The translations under genes and the position numbers were made by a program. A stretch of DNA of 64,000 bases, taken from positions 1 through 64,000 of IMG/VR virus record IMGVR_UViG_3300023174_000101; one strand, given 5' to 3'. Source of the DNA: a virus. Below are positions 1-10,692 of this stretch, one piece after another (the stretch's first letter is position 1; every line of letters starts with the position of its first letter). The notes beneath the pieces were generated by a model that saw only the letters and a program-made list of their open reading frames with translations, was not told the DNA's origin and searched no databases.

Positions 1-4
1 TGTA

Positions 5-1735
5 ATGTCACAAAGGTACGAGTCAGTTTATGTCTCAAATATAAATGATGGCCGGTCGCTAGCAGAACAGCTTTTCGGTAATGCTGGCAACACTAGTGAT
101 CAAGATGCATTCGTCTATGATACGAATAAAATAGTAGAGTACATCGGGACACACCCTGATGAATATCTTGTAGATGGTGGACGCTTAATGATGCTAATAC
201 CGTCCGGAATTGGCACCGAAAATGACAATATTGTAGATAAGGGCATAATAGCCAGTCCATATCAGAAGACAGAATGGTCAACCGTTGGCCAGGTCATGTA
301 CGAAACTGTTGATAGAATACAGTTCGTCATGTACTGCACGCCACGTGGTGACATTGTAGTTGAGCCTCCAATGTTTGATGCAGATCCATCATTCTTTGGT
401 GAATTTTATAGAACGTTAGAAGACATGCGTAAGTCTCCTGATCTAGCTGTGGGCAACACTTTAGATTATATGGGCAAGGAAGATGCTGTAGTGAGACGCC
501 CATATTGTGACGACTACGTAGTATTTCAGTCTGATACTTTTGGTTGGGATAGTACATACACAGATGAAAAAGTGTATACGATAGCAGTTGCAGACCATGC
601 GATAGTTAAAAACTTTCCTGAGATAGGAAGGTCAGAGATGTATGGTGGTCTTCAAGTACAGAAGCTTGATAGTTTGATACCACTGTATGGACTAAGGGCA
701 GCAACTGTAACACAGCGTGGCTATATAAGTACACCACAAGCTGCGAAGTTGTTTGCTGCGATTACACTTGATAAATTAAACGCCGATGCGCGAACGGTTT
801 CAATACGTGCGCTTCCAAACATAAAGATGTGGTTGAATAGACCAATATATTTTGAACCTAGAAATTTAATTGGCACAACCAAAAATATTGGCCATAGCAT
901 AACGTGGGGGGCTAGTGGTGACATGTCTACCTCACTACAAATAAATACCGTAAGGTCTTGGGATGGGACTCTTGAGGACCAGTCTTTGTCAAGCATAAGG
1001 AGTGAGAAGTACGGACTGGAATCAACTGACGAAGTATTCTATCAGGACATTGAGAAACTACGCACAAGCATAGCCATATCCACATCAGAAGAAGAGTACA
1101 ATGAGCTGCAAGCAGCTTTGGCCCAGATGGAAGAGGCAGAAAAAGGCTCGAAGCAGGTCCAAGCCGAGCGACCTGACCCATTGCTTTTCAATCACATTGG
1201 AGGATCTGGCGGTAGACTATTAAATTACCAAGTTTTGTGGGGCAGTGCACCAGTACCGAAGCAGGCGCAAGATCAGTCTAATTCTGACGCGCAAAAGAAG
1301 GAGCAGGAGGAAAGGGAAAACCCTGTTCCTAAGAACAACAGGATATTCATACACCCACTAGATGATGTTAATATTCTATTAAAGGAGACAAATAGGGCTG
1401 GTTTCCCGGTTGGGACTCTGTATGAATATAAGTCTGATCCTGGTGTGAGTGTTTATGTATGCCCACCACGTGCGCAGGTGCTCGCAATAGAAAAACTAGA
1501 AAGTGGTTTGTACGCAATAGGAATAGGATACAAGTCGAGCAGCGGAAATGTGTGGATATTTACTTATTATGATCTAGCCAATGTGAGTTCTGACTTGAGC
1601 GTCGGTAGTGCAGTAAGTCAAGGTGATCCACTCGGTGCGACAGGAGTCAGACAATCAGATGGCGTAGGACATTTAGTCCTGCATGTAAAGCGTAATAATC
1701 AGCCAATTGAATTCACTGATTACATAAAAGGATAG
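5..1735 (+). CDS. Baseplate hub/tail-associated protein with C-terminal degenerate M23-peptidase-like domain (probably 5'-truncated by window edge)
   Basis: Frame is open to the window edge (GTA before ATG). The hub-like segment (LYGLR..., RPIYF, IGHSITWG) precedes the spike and gp25 genes. C-terminus LSVGSAVSQGDPLGATG...GHLVLHVKRNNQPIE resembles an M23 tail. Confidence 0.6.
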   Translation: MSQRYESVYVSNINDGRSLAEQLFGNAGNTSDQDAFVYDTNKIVEYIGTHPDEYLVDGGRLMMLIPSGIGTENDNIVDKGIIASPYQKTEWSTVGQVMYETVDRIQFVMYCTPRGDIVVEPPMFDADPSFFGEFYRTLEDMRKSPDLAVGNTLDYMGKEDAVVRRPYCDDYVVFQSDTFGWDSTYTDEKVYTIAVADHAIVKNFPEIGRSEMYGGLQVQKLDSLIPLYGLRAATVTQRGYISTPQAAKLFAAITLDKLNADARTVSIRALPNIKMWLNRPIYFEPRNLIGTTKNIGHSITWGASGDMSTSLQINTVRSWDGTLEDQSLSSIRSEKYGLESTDEVFYQDIEKLRTSIAISTSEEEYNELQAALAQMEEAEKGSKQVQAERPDPLLFNHIGGSGGRLLNYQVLWGSAPVPKQAQDQSNSDAQKKEQEERENPVPKNNRIFIHPLDDVNILLKETNRAGFPVGTLYEYKSDPGVSVYVCPPRAQVLAIEKLESGLYAIGIGYKSSSGNVWIFTYYDLANVSSDLSVGSAVSQGDPLGATGVRQSDGVGHLVLHVKRNNQPIEFTDYIKG

Positions 1736-1738
1736 AAA

Positions 1739-3193
1739 ATGAGTGGATACGATGACTTTGATGACGACAATGCTGATGACGACGTAGAGTATGAGTCAGG
1801 TGGTGGCGTATCTGTAGGTATAAAGTTATCTGGGAGATCGTTTAACTTAGGCGAAAAGAATCCATTAAAGATAATTGGTAACGATAGTATCCGTGATAGG
1901 CTACTATATGGAAGCATAGACGTAGTTGATGATAATAACGGTACTGTCGCTGGCCCACTTATTGGTGTTGGTGGCGGATTGATGTATGCTACCGTACCGC
2001 CACTGTGGTTCTCAATGTCTGGCGAGACCGCTGCATGGGGCAGATACATGCCACAGAAGGGCGATGTGGCTAAAATAGTATACGGACCGGACAATTCTCA
2101 ACACATAATAGGCTACGATCCAGGAAATGCTAAATCCGGCCAAAACTCTGCTGTGCCTGGATACGGATGGCCTGGTGTATACGAGCTTCATAAGAAGGCA
2201 CGCGCCGATCCGAGAGCAAGAATAGAAACGGAAGATGGTAGCGCATCAGTACCTCTATATAAGTATGCACAATTTGAAACGCTGAATCAGGGCGAATACG
2301 ACTTCATGTCGTCCGGTGGTGCATACATAAGAGGATTTAAGGATGGGAAGCTGTATCTGGCCGGTGGTGGTGGCACCACGGTATCCCTAAATAAAGTTGA
2401 CATGTCCATAATGTCTGCATCACAAGTGCTTGTGCATTCTGCCGATAAGAGCGAGTTTAGGTTTGGGCAGGTCAGACGTATGGGCCCTGATATGATAGAG
2501 AGCAAGTTACAGTCTGACTCTCTTGGTGTTAATAGAGAGTTTAGAGTAGTACTTAAAAATGCTACTGCACCCGGCGTTGCAGTTGACTGTGCTAGCTTAG
2601 AAGTTGGCAATGTTGCGACTGCAGAGGGCATCATGGACGTAAGTTTCTATGGCTCTCCGGTCAAGTATTCTTACAGAGCACATAATTCAACTGGCATGCA
2701 AACGCACAGAACAAGTGTTGATGAGTTGGGTAACTGGCGTGTTGAATCTGAATCTGTTGGGTCGGTCGCTGAAGTTACGTATCCGTCAGTTAAGCTGAAT
2801 GGATCTGTAGACTTCACTGTGACTAGTCCAAATATAACGCTTTCTGGTCCTGGATCTGGGTTGCCCACATATCCAACCATATTGTCCACTCCATACAGAG
2901 CTGCCGAGGACACGTTAGTTACAGAACTAGCTAGACAGATAGATTTTCTAAGTTCTCAGCTTGTGGCCTTATCAACCGGACTCGCAGCTTCGTCTGCAGC
3001 AATTACGAGTGGTTCAGCTGCGGCTGCAACGCCGGTGACCAATGGTACGTTGGCTGTATTTTTAGCTGGACTTGCGCCGTCTATCGCTGTCCAAGCCGCT
3101 GTTAGTCCGACTGTAGCTTCCGCTACTATTGCTGCAACAGGCTTCAAGTCGTATAGCTCCACGTACCTTTCTACAATAGTAAAGAATGGGTAA
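1739..3193 (+). CDS. Baseplate spike/puncturing protein (GpV/gp5-like)
   Basis: N-terminal YMPQKGDVAKIVY motif typical of the GpV OB fold, beta-rich middle, position between hub and gp25-like genes. Confidence 0.55.
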   Translation: MSGYDDFDDDNADDDVEYESGGGVSVGIKLSGRSFNLGEKNPLKIIGNDSIRDRLLYGSIDVVDDNNGTVAGPLIGVGGGLMYATVPPLWFSMSGETAAWGRYMPQKGDVAKIVYGPDNSQHIIGYDPGNAKSGQNSAVPGYGWPGVYELHKKARADPRARIETEDGSASVPLYKYAQFETLNQGEYDFMSSGGAYIRGFKDGKLYLAGGGGTTVSLNKVDMSIMSASQVLVHSADKSEFRFGQVRRMGPDMIESKLQSDSLGVNREFRVVLKNATAPGVAVDCASLEVGNVATAEGIMDVSFYGSPVKYSYRAHNSTGMQTHRTSVDELGNWRVESESVGSVAEVTYPSVKLNGSVDFTVTSPNITLSGPGSGLPTYPTILSTPYRAAEDTLVTELARQIDFLSSQLVALSTGLAASSAAITSGSAAAATPVTNGTLAVFLAGLAPSIAVQAAVSPTVASATIAATGFKSYSSTYLSTIVKNG

Positions 3194-3926
3194 TGTTATG
3201 TCGATAATACCTAAGAATGAAGCTGCAGCAGCTAGTGCAAATTACAAAAAGGACGTAGAAAAACTTACTAACACAGTTACTGAGGAGTATGTACTTAAAT
3301 ATTCTTCGCGTGGCATAGAATCGCTTGTATCTAAGGCAGAGAATACTAGACTAGGAAATGACATATCAAGTCTGTACGGTGCTGCCAAAAAGCATGTAGA
3401 CATTCCTAAAAAGTACCGCAATGCGATGCAGGTTGAAGACGTAAGATGTGCACGTGAGATATTAAAAGTATTAATAATGGCAGCTGGGCAGAATATACAG
3501 ATAGTGAAGCAGGCGTTGATATCACTTAAGGGTCTGATGAATTCCTTGATAGTAGCGCTTGACTCTCAAAAGGTCGTCTATGAGATCCAAGCAAAAGCCA
3601 TAGAGATCGCAAATTATGAATCAGAACTTAAGCGCATTGCGTTAGTTAAGGGTATAGATGTTGCACAGAACAGTCTCTCACTAATACCATACGTTGATCA
3701 GTTAAGGTCTGCCTCCGCTTCGTGTCCTGATGTGGCGTTCTTATTCACGTATGTGGACGAAACGCTGCAGATGCCTATTAAGGTAGCGAAGGGATTGCTG
3801 TTTGAAATCGACCAGAAGTTATCGCTTGCTGCCGAGATATACTTTGTCATAGAGAAGATAGAGTACATAAAGCAGTTTCTAAAAAGTTTTATACGTGACG
3901 TGGAGTATGTGCTGTCTATTGCATAA
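3186..3926 (+). CDS. Hypothetical alpha-helical protein in baseplate cluster
   Basis: 246-aa ORF tightly packed in the + strand structural operon. Confidence 0.6.
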   Translation: MGNVMSIIPKNEAAAASANYKKDVEKLTNTVTEEYVLKYSSRGIESLVSKAENTRLGNDISSLYGAAKKHVDIPKKYRNAMQVEDVRCAREILKVLIMAAGQNIQIVKQALISLKGLMNSLIVALDSQKVVYEIQAKAIEIANYESELKRIALVKGIDVAQNSLSLIPYVDQLRSASASCPDVAFLFTYVDETLQMPIKVAKGLLFEIDQKLSLAAEIYFVIEKIEYIKQFLKSFIRDVEYVLSIA

Positions 3927-3961
3927 TTTACTAATGTACATTACAATCTGATTATTGCATT

Positions 3962-4381
3962 ATGGCTACCACTTTAAAAATCAAGAATGGTGACATCTCA
4001 GTGTTTGGTCACAATGGTAGACCAGTACTTTTGTCAGGTGCAGACAAATTAGTGCAAGACATGGTCGAATTTTTTTCGGTTGATGTAACCAGGTATGGGT
4101 TTGGTGCTGGTCTAAATGAGTTAGTTGGTGCGATACCTGAATTTCAGGATATGGTAATTGGGCTTGCGACAAGAAGCATTAGAGATGGTATTAACAGGTA
4201 TATTAAGCTACAAAAGTCAGATCCGGCCACTCCATTGTCAGACGATGAACGTGTTGTTGGGATGGATAGTTTAAAAGTATATCAGGATCCAACCGATGAA
4301 ACCAGGTACTTTTTCACAGTAAACATAATCACAGCAAGTGGAAATTCAATACCATTGCCTAAGATAGGGTTTGGTGCATAA
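3962..4381 (+). CDS. Baseplate wedge protein, gp25/GPW-like
   Basis: 139 aa, GADKLVQD...YGFGAGLNELVG pattern, directly upstream of a baseplate J-like gene. Confidence 0.7.
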   Translation: MATTLKIKNGDISVFGHNGRPVLLSGADKLVQDMVEFFSVDVTRYGFGAGLNELVGAIPEFQDMVIGLATRSIRDGINRYIKLQKSDPATPLSDDERVVGMDSLKVYQDPTDETRYFFTVNIITASGNSIPLPKIGFGA

Positions 4382-5826
4382 TGGCAATCACACGTAAATC
4401 AGCTGTAGAGTTCGCCAGCATACTTAGTAATGCCATTAAACAACGTAACTCTTCATATGACACTGCTGTTGGCCCAATTAGGGATATATATATAGAGCCG
4501 ACTGCATCTGCTCTAGAAGTTCAGTCCAACTCAATATATCAGGTTCAACAGTTGTTAACGCTTGCGAATGGCGCTAGTTTTACAGCCGCTGACCTTGACG
4601 CGTTTGTATACAACGAGTCGATGGTGCGCAACAAGGGTGGACGCGCGAAGGTAGAGCTAACATTTCAGACGTCACAAATACCGCAGTCTGACGTCACCAT
4701 CAGGGCGGGGTTTGCAGTTGCGACGACGGAAGATGAAACCACTGGCATATCCGTTACATTCACGGTTGATTCAGACACTACATTATACGTAAGTGATGTA
4801 TACTCTCACCTGGTCACAGTTAATGGTGCGCAGTACGTTCAGTTAAAAGTACCGGCTACTGCTTCTGTCAGCGGAACAATTGGTAACGTTGGGCCATATA
4901 GGGTAGTTAGAGCCTTGCGGCCAATGCCAATCTTTAGTGCAGTGTTCAACGAGATGCCAGCATCTGGGGGTACGAATTTAGAGACTAATGCAGAGCTTAT
5001 ACGTAGGTATTTAACATCAATAGTTGGGTCGTCCCCCTCAGTCATCGGTGGTATAGAGAAAATTATCAGGTCACAGTTTAACAACGTCCAGGACATGAAC
5101 ATCGTATATGGCAATAGCGTATACAATTTAAGGTCTGCTAATGACGGTGGCGCAGTGGACGTGTATTTGATAGGTGAAACCCAAGCTACGGCCACAGATT
5201 ATGTAACATATACCGGACCTTCGCAAACACTTAAGTTATCAAAGCAGCCTGTAATATCCATAGATAGTGTAATGGATTCCGTTAGCGAGTATGTACAATA
5301 TCCTTCAGTCGGTGCAAGTTATAAATTAGAGAAGGATGCTGGCTCGTACGCTGGATCCAACAAAGCAAGCGATGGTGTGTATTTTATACCGTCTGCTGCA
5401 ACGCTGCCTGCGCTAGGGACAGTTCTAACTGTAGAGTACAAGTACAATTCACTCCCAGCCAGTATGCTAGCAGAATTCTCAAAACCAGACAGGGACGTGC
5501 CAGGTAGAAGCCTCTTATTTAAGGAGGCAATGCAGGTAGACTTGTCAATGTCCGCTTCTATTAAAGTACGAAGTGGATTTAATGTCATATCGACTAAGAA
5601 TTCAGTCAGGTCTGCAATACTGTCGTATGTAAATTCTTTAAAACTTGGCGAACCAGTGGAGGCGTCTGATATCCAGGCAGTTGTTAGAAGGTATACTGGT
5701 GTGGATAACTTCGTCATCAATAATTTGTCAAGACTAGGCTCAACTGGTGTGTCTGACGTCACCGCAAGTCCGTTCGAATACATGCGGATTGCGGATATAG
5801 ATTTGACGTTACAAGACCTATTGTAA
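4381..5826 (+). CDS. Baseplate J-like wedge protein
   Basis: GPIRDIYIEP, DLDAFVYNESMVR, ATASVSGTIGNV, N..ASGGTNLETNAELIRR, GAVDVYL, YVNSLKLGEPV motifs. Confidence 0.85.
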   Translation: MAITRKSAVEFASILSNAIKQRNSSYDTAVGPIRDIYIEPTASALEVQSNSIYQVQQLLTLANGASFTAADLDAFVYNESMVRNKGGRAKVELTFQTSQIPQSDVTIRAGFAVATTEDETTGISVTFTVDSDTTLYVSDVYSHLVTVNGAQYVQLKVPATASVSGTIGNVGPYRVVRALRPMPIFSAVFNEMPASGGTNLETNAELIRRYLTSIVGSSPSVIGGIEKIIRSQFNNVQDMNIVYGNSVYNLRSANDGGAVDVYLIGETQATATDYVTYTGPSQTLKLSKQPVISIDSVMDSVSEYVQYPSVGASYKLEKDAGSYAGSNKASDGVYFIPSAATLPALGTVLTVEYKYNSLPASMLAEFSKPDRDVPGRSLLFKEAMQVDLSMSASIKVRSGFNVISTKNSVRSAILSYVNSLKLGEPVEASDIQAVVRRYTGVDNFVINNLSRLGSTGVSDVTASPFEYMRIADIDLTLQDLL

Positions 5827-5836
5827 GGTGTGATAT

Positions 5837-8800
5837 ATGTCCTGTACAGCATACATTTTGATGAATGGCGTCCTCACTCCAAATGAGGGCTTGTCAATAG
5901 GTTCACAAGTAACTTTAACTAACCAGGACGACACAGGAGTAGTTACTTGGGCCTGGACCATTGTATCTAAGCCAACAGGGTCAACGACCACACTAACAGG
6001 CGCGTCGTCTGCTACTGCTTACTTTACTCCAGACGTTGAAGGTGCGTATCTAGTTCGCCTGATAGTAAATAAAGACTTGGCGACTGAGGAGCAGGGCACG
6101 TCTGTGGGTCGCGTGAAGACGCTACACAAGAATTTACTGCCGCACGCGAAGGACGAGACTTCAGAAGGCCATCCGGTAGAGGGGTGGGCAAAGGCATGGC
6201 GTGAGTCATACTTGAAAGTGGATAAAGCACTAGGCATCCCATCGGACCGCCGCACTGTAAAGTATTCGGACTCTGCAACCACCGGACCCGTGTTCCTTGC
6301 TGCAGATGGCACGATGTACACCATGGCAAACGGCGATGTGGTGCCATCGGTGCGTCTTGCCACTGCGGCTGACGACAAGCAGGCTATGTTCCTGTTTGAA
6401 TCTGGCGCTCTTGCCCCAGGTGTGGTTACGGTTCTTGCGCATGGCATGTCTGCTTCCGTGCCGCTCACAGGTGTGTCTGCTGGCGACAAGTTATACGCAT
6501 CCACCAATGGCTCAGTTGTAAACTCGTCCTTGTCGTATCTGCACAGGGCATTAGGCTACTGTATTTATGTGTCGAGTGGTGTCGCACGTGTGTGGTTCGC
6601 ACCAACCGACCACACACTGCTCAGCACGATTAACCACGAGCAGCTCCAGGGATTGCTCGGTGGCGCTGTTAGTGCGCACTACCACCTAAATCTGAATCAG
6701 CACAATGCAGTAAATGGTGCAAACTCACCAAGCTCTTCTAACGTATTCGCGACCATAAATGACTTATCTGGTCACGTGCCAGCTACACGCAAAGTAGAAG
6801 GCACAGATGGCCTTACTGGTGGTGGGGCTTTAACTACAGACCTGCAGATAAGTATGCCGAATGTTGGCAGTGCTGATACGTATGGCACTGCGTCTAAAGT
6901 ACCAAGATTAACAACGGATGCCAAGGGGCGTGTATCCGGCGTAGTCGAGACTGACATTTCAATCGCACAATCACAGGTCTCTGGACTAGTGGCTGATTTG
7001 GCGGCGAAAGCAAACAAGACCATAACTGTATCTGCCGGTGGTGCGTTGTCTGGTGGCGGAGACTTAACCACAAACCGCACAATATCGCTCAATACGATAC
7101 ACTCTGGGTTTAGTGCTACAGGTGGTTCAACCACGATACCTATTATCACAGTAGATTCTTACGGTAGGGTAACAAACCTTACTGGTCAATCAATAACGTA
7201 TGGTACCGGTACATTACAAAGTATAACGTTTGACGTATCAAACACTGGTTTAACTATTAACGGCAATGCTTCTAACGCCACTGTAAATGGGTCTAGCGGC
7301 ACGTTTACACTAGCCGGTGTCCTTCAAGCAGACAATGGTGGTACTGGTTTAAGCACGTACGCACAGGGCACGATGTTGTACGCTGGGTCTGTAAACCCAA
7401 CGGCTCTCACCCCGCTACCGCTAACGGCAAGCAAGGTGTTATTGTCTGGGGCAAGTGCACCAAGCTGGGGGTCATTACCGTTAAACAATAGTTCATACGT
7501 TACCGGCACACTGGCCGTGGGCAACGGAGGTACTGGTTTAACTAGCTATGCAATTGGTGACATAGTATACGCGAGTGCAGCTGGCACACTAGCTGGACTA
7601 CCTACTGGAACTGTTGGCCAGCTATTAATTGGTCAGGGTGCTGCAACGGCTCCAGCATGGAAGACTGTAACGTCGAGTGGCGACGTAACTGGTCTTACTG
7701 CAGCCGGTGCGTTCACTGTCGGCAAGATTAACGGCGCAACAGTACCAGCTGCTGGTTCCTTAACAACTGGCCACGTGCTACAAGTGAACGGGGCAAGTGC
7801 GCTCACGTATGGTGCTATAAATCTTGGCGGCGGCACTAATTATGTAACTGGAATACTACCGATTGCACGAGGTGGCACTGGAACTTCAACAGCCCCGACT
7901 GCAACGCAGGTACTGCTCGGTAAGTCTGACGGCACTTACGAGCTTAGGACGTTCGCGCCTGGCACAAATACTACTGTAGATACGACTACTCCGAACCAAA
8001 TTAAGATTAATGCATCATTCACAGCACCTGTAACGTCTGTGTCTGGCACTGCTAATCAGATAAATCCGTCCAGTGCTACGACCGGTGCTGTTGTACTATC
8101 ATTGGCAGACACAACAGTATCGCCAGGCACGTACGGTGACGGCGGCTATGTCCCACAGATACAGATAGATTCAAAGGGAAGGATAACTTCAGCGCAGAGC
8201 GTGGCCATAGACTTCCCTTCAATATCGCAAATCAACTATGGGGCGATGCGTAATTACGTAATCAATGGTGCCTTCGACTATTGGCAGAGGGGCACGTACC
8301 ATACAATCACGATGAGCAGCACGTCTCAGCCTAGATATACAGCGGATAGATGGTGTGCATATGTCAACACTGATGCCAGCGCAACATTTACAATCGATAA
8401 GTGGTATGGTCTAACTGACGACTCACAGACGGGCTGTTTAAGATACTATAGACTTAACAACGGCCTACAGAATGCAGCACAGATTAGAAGCATAGGCCAT
8501 AACGTAGAGCAGGAATTATTAAATCAGTTGCGTGGCAGGAAGCTAAGACTGTCGTTCTACTATAAGATGTCATCATCCTTCATATCATCAGTCTCGAAGG
8601 CGTCAACACTGACCGATAACATATTGGTCAGAATTGTGCACACGAATTCGCCCGCGAATAGGAACAGAGCATTTAAAGCGTACTACTCGTCACCTGCAAC
8701 TAATACCAATTTTATACTCAATAGATCGATCAAGCCAGCGTCAAGTGGCGTTACAGCGGACACGTGGGTAAGGTTTGACTATGTAAGTCAAGACGTACTG

Positions 8801-9415
8801 CCCGCAGACACGACTGCAGCTGCAGTCGTCGTGTCATTTGAACATGGTGACACCGCAAACGCTTCAGAGTTCTTCTACTTAACTAATTTCATGCTACTTG
8901 ACGCAGGCACGACCGGCAGTTATGGTAGTGTCGATATCCCATTTCTGTACTCGTCTGGTACGCTTGCGAACGAGCTTGTTGCATGCCAGAGGTACTACGA
9001 AAAGTCTTGGGAGATAGACGAAGCCCCAGGTACTGTAACTTTTGCTGGGATGGAAATCGGATATAACAATTCATCTGGAACACTGGTGGCAAATACGCCA
9101 TGGAGATTTACGCCGCATCCAAAGTTTAAAGTTAGGAAGCGTAGCGCACCTAGCAGTGTTACATTGTATGGATTCACAGATACGAACGCCGCTGGTGTGC
9201 AGCCTTCAATTTTGCAATCCGGATACTGGCAGGTTGGCGCGGGTGCAGACTCAGATGGAACATATGTGTACCCAACAAGTGGTGGCGCTGCACATAAGGC
9301 ATCATTCGCGACTTCAATAACAGATAGTGGATTTATGGTCGCGTCTGTGTCTGCTATTGGCTCTGGCACTGGATATTCGTTTGGTCATTGGACTGCAGAC
9401 GCTGAATACTACTAA
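5837..9415 (+). CDS. Long tail fibre protein (N-terminal PKD/Ig-like domain, Gly/Thr repeats, C-terminal receptor-binding module)
   Basis: WAWTIVSKPTGS...FTPDVEGAYLVRLIV Ig-like start. Repeats NGGTGL and D.KGR(V/I)T. C-terminal RNYVINGAFDYWQRG...YTADRW...ELVACQRYYEK typical of phage fibre tips. Confidence 0.8.
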   Translation: MSCTAYILMNGVLTPNEGLSIGSQVTLTNQDDTGVVTWAWTIVSKPTGSTTTLTGASSATAYFTPDVEGAYLVRLIVNKDLATEEQGTSVGRVKTLHKNLLPHAKDETSEGHPVEGWAKAWRESYLKVDKALGIPSDRRTVKYSDSATTGPVFLAADGTMYTMANGDVVPSVRLATAADDKQAMFLFESGALAPGVVTVLAHGMSASVPLTGVSAGDKLYASTNGSVVNSSLSYLHRALGYCIYVSSGVARVWFAPTDHTLLSTINHEQLQGLLGGAVSAHYHLNLNQHNAVNGANSPSSSNVFATINDLSGHVPATRKVEGTDGLTGGGALTTDLQISMPNVGSADTYGTASKVPRLTTDAKGRVSGVVETDISIAQSQVSGLVADLAAKANKTITVSAGGALSGGGDLTTNRTISLNTIHSGFSATGGSTTIPIITVDSYGRVTNLTGQSITYGTGTLQSITFDVSNTGLTINGNASNATVNGSSGTFTLAGVLQADNGGTGLSTYAQGTMLYAGSVNPTALTPLPLTASKVLLSGASAPSWGSLPLNNSSYVTGTLAVGNGGTGLTSYAIGDIVYASAAGTLAGLPTGTVGQLLIGQGAATAPAWKTVTSSGDVTGLTAAGAFTVGKINGATVPAAGSLTTGHVLQVNGASALTYGAINLGGGTNYVTGILPIARGGTGTSTAPTATQVLLGKSDGTYELRTFAPGTNTTVDTTTPNQIKINASFTAPVTSVSGTANQINPSSATTGAVVLSLADTTVSPGTYGDGGYVPQIQIDSKGRITSAQSVAIDFPSISQINYGAMRNYVINGAFDYWQRGTYHTITMSSTSQPRYTADRWCAYVNTDASATFTIDKWYGLTDDSQTGCLRYYRLNNGLQNAAQIRSIGHNVEQELLNQLRGRKLRLSFYYKMSSSFISSVSKASTLTDNILVRIVHTNSPANRNRAFKAYYSSPATNTNFILNRSIKPASSGVTADTWVRFDYVSQDVLPADTTAAAVVVSFEHGDTANASEFFYLTNFMLLDAGTTGSYGSVDIPFLYSSGTLANELVACQRYYEKSWEIDEAPGTVTFAGMEIGYNNSSGTLVANTPWRFTPHPKFKVRKRSAPSSVTLYGFTDTNAAGVQPSILQSGYWQVGAGADSDGTYVYPTSGGAAHKASFATSITDSGFMVASVSAIGSGTGYSFGHWTADAEYY

Positions 9416-10692
9416 TGCAATATCATAAGCCACAGGCAGTAGGGTCAATGGGTGTTGGACGCGGGCCAGTGGGTGGCGCTTCGTCCAATGACTTCACTGC
9501 GCCCATTATCCAGAACATAACACCTGTCGATGGCTCTGAGCAGCAAGACCATACAACGCCAATCACGTTTGATGTGTTCGACTACGGCGACAACATTTAC
9601 CGTGCGTCAATCACGGTGACAGTGAATGGTGAGCTTGTATTGTCTGGCGATACGTTTTACCTGGGCTGGACTGGCTCCGTAGCGAAGACAGACTTTGGGT
9701 ATCATGTACATCTGAATCCTAATTTCACAGGCCGTGGGCGCAAATCCGTTCATGTGGACGCACACGTAAAGGATGATACTGGCTTGATTACTTGTGCTGA
9801 ATGGACGTATATTACGTACGTTATACCTAATACACTCAAAGTAATTGGACTGTCTGGGCCTCTTGATGGTGGAACTGTAGTTACGATATTTGGCTCCGGT
9901 GTGTCAAATAAGAAGTACTTTGTCGACTTCAAGAGCGGTTTGACTAGCAGTTGGTTAGGAAGCGACACTGGTGCTTCTACTAGTGGAGTCACACTACCAA
10001 CAATGCAGGGTGTATTGCCATCAATAGAAAGTAATTATGACTCAAACGTATTTGACGTACATGTAAACTATAACACAACACTCAGGCCAAGTAGAAATTT
10101 CGTGGGTTTGTCTACCATCTGTGAGCTTCGTGCAAAAGTTTCATCGTCTACTTACTGTTCTATAGCTCACGTAAACGATAGCACAGGTCCAAAGTCTAAA
10201 GCTGTGGTATACGTTAATGGAACGAAAGTTATGGAGATAGTGCGCCCAGCGCTAAGTCCTGGCATGCTACAGATAAGGAGAAACAAAGGGCATGTGGAAA
10301 TGCTTATGGGCGGACTGCATATAGCAGAGTTTAATGGGTGGGTTGATGCGCCATCTAATTTCGTTATAAGTTCGTATACTTCTAACGTAGGGTTCACAAC
10401 GACACTCACAAGTTGGGATCCAAGAGTGGTTGTTCTATTCGATGACAAGATTGGCGATGCGTGTGTCGAATATACTGGTGGTGTTGTTAGGGTGCATTCG
10501 CCTAGGTATCAGATACCGAAAAGCGTCTCAATGCAGATGTTCTCGTTTGATGCGTCTAGGTCTATGCCCGATGGGTTTGAGTATATAGAACCACCAAGGC
10601 TTACAGTGTCCAATAATGACGCGTCTGTAAGAATAGAGAATGATAAAGCGCTCAGAGATGTGAGTTCTGAATTGAAGGGTCTGAGGATATAA
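9415..10692 (+). CDS. Virion structural protein with Ig-like/IPT-TIG domains
   Basis: DFTAPIIQNITP and SGPLDGGTVVTIFGSG Ig/TIG-like motifs; operon context. Confidence 0.6.
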   Translation: MQYHKPQAVGSMGVGRGPVGGASSNDFTAPIIQNITPVDGSEQQDHTTPITFDVFDYGDNIYRASITVTVNGELVLSGDTFYLGWTGSVAKTDFGYHVHLNPNFTGRGRKSVHVDAHVKDDTGLITCAEWTYITYVIPNTLKVIGLSGPLDGGTVVTIFGSGVSNKKYFVDFKSGLTSSWLGSDTGASTSGVTLPTMQGVLPSIESNYDSNVFDVHVNYNTTLRPSRNFVGLSTICELRAKVSSSTYCSIAHVNDSTGPKSKAVVYVNGTKVMEIVRPALSPGMLQIRRNKGHVEMLMGGLHIAEFNGWVDAPSNFVISSYTSNVGFTTTLTSWDPRVVVLFDDKIGDACVEYTGGVVRVHSPRYQIPKSVSMQMFSFDASRSMPDGFEYIEPPRLTVSNNDASVRIENDKALRDVSSELKGLRI

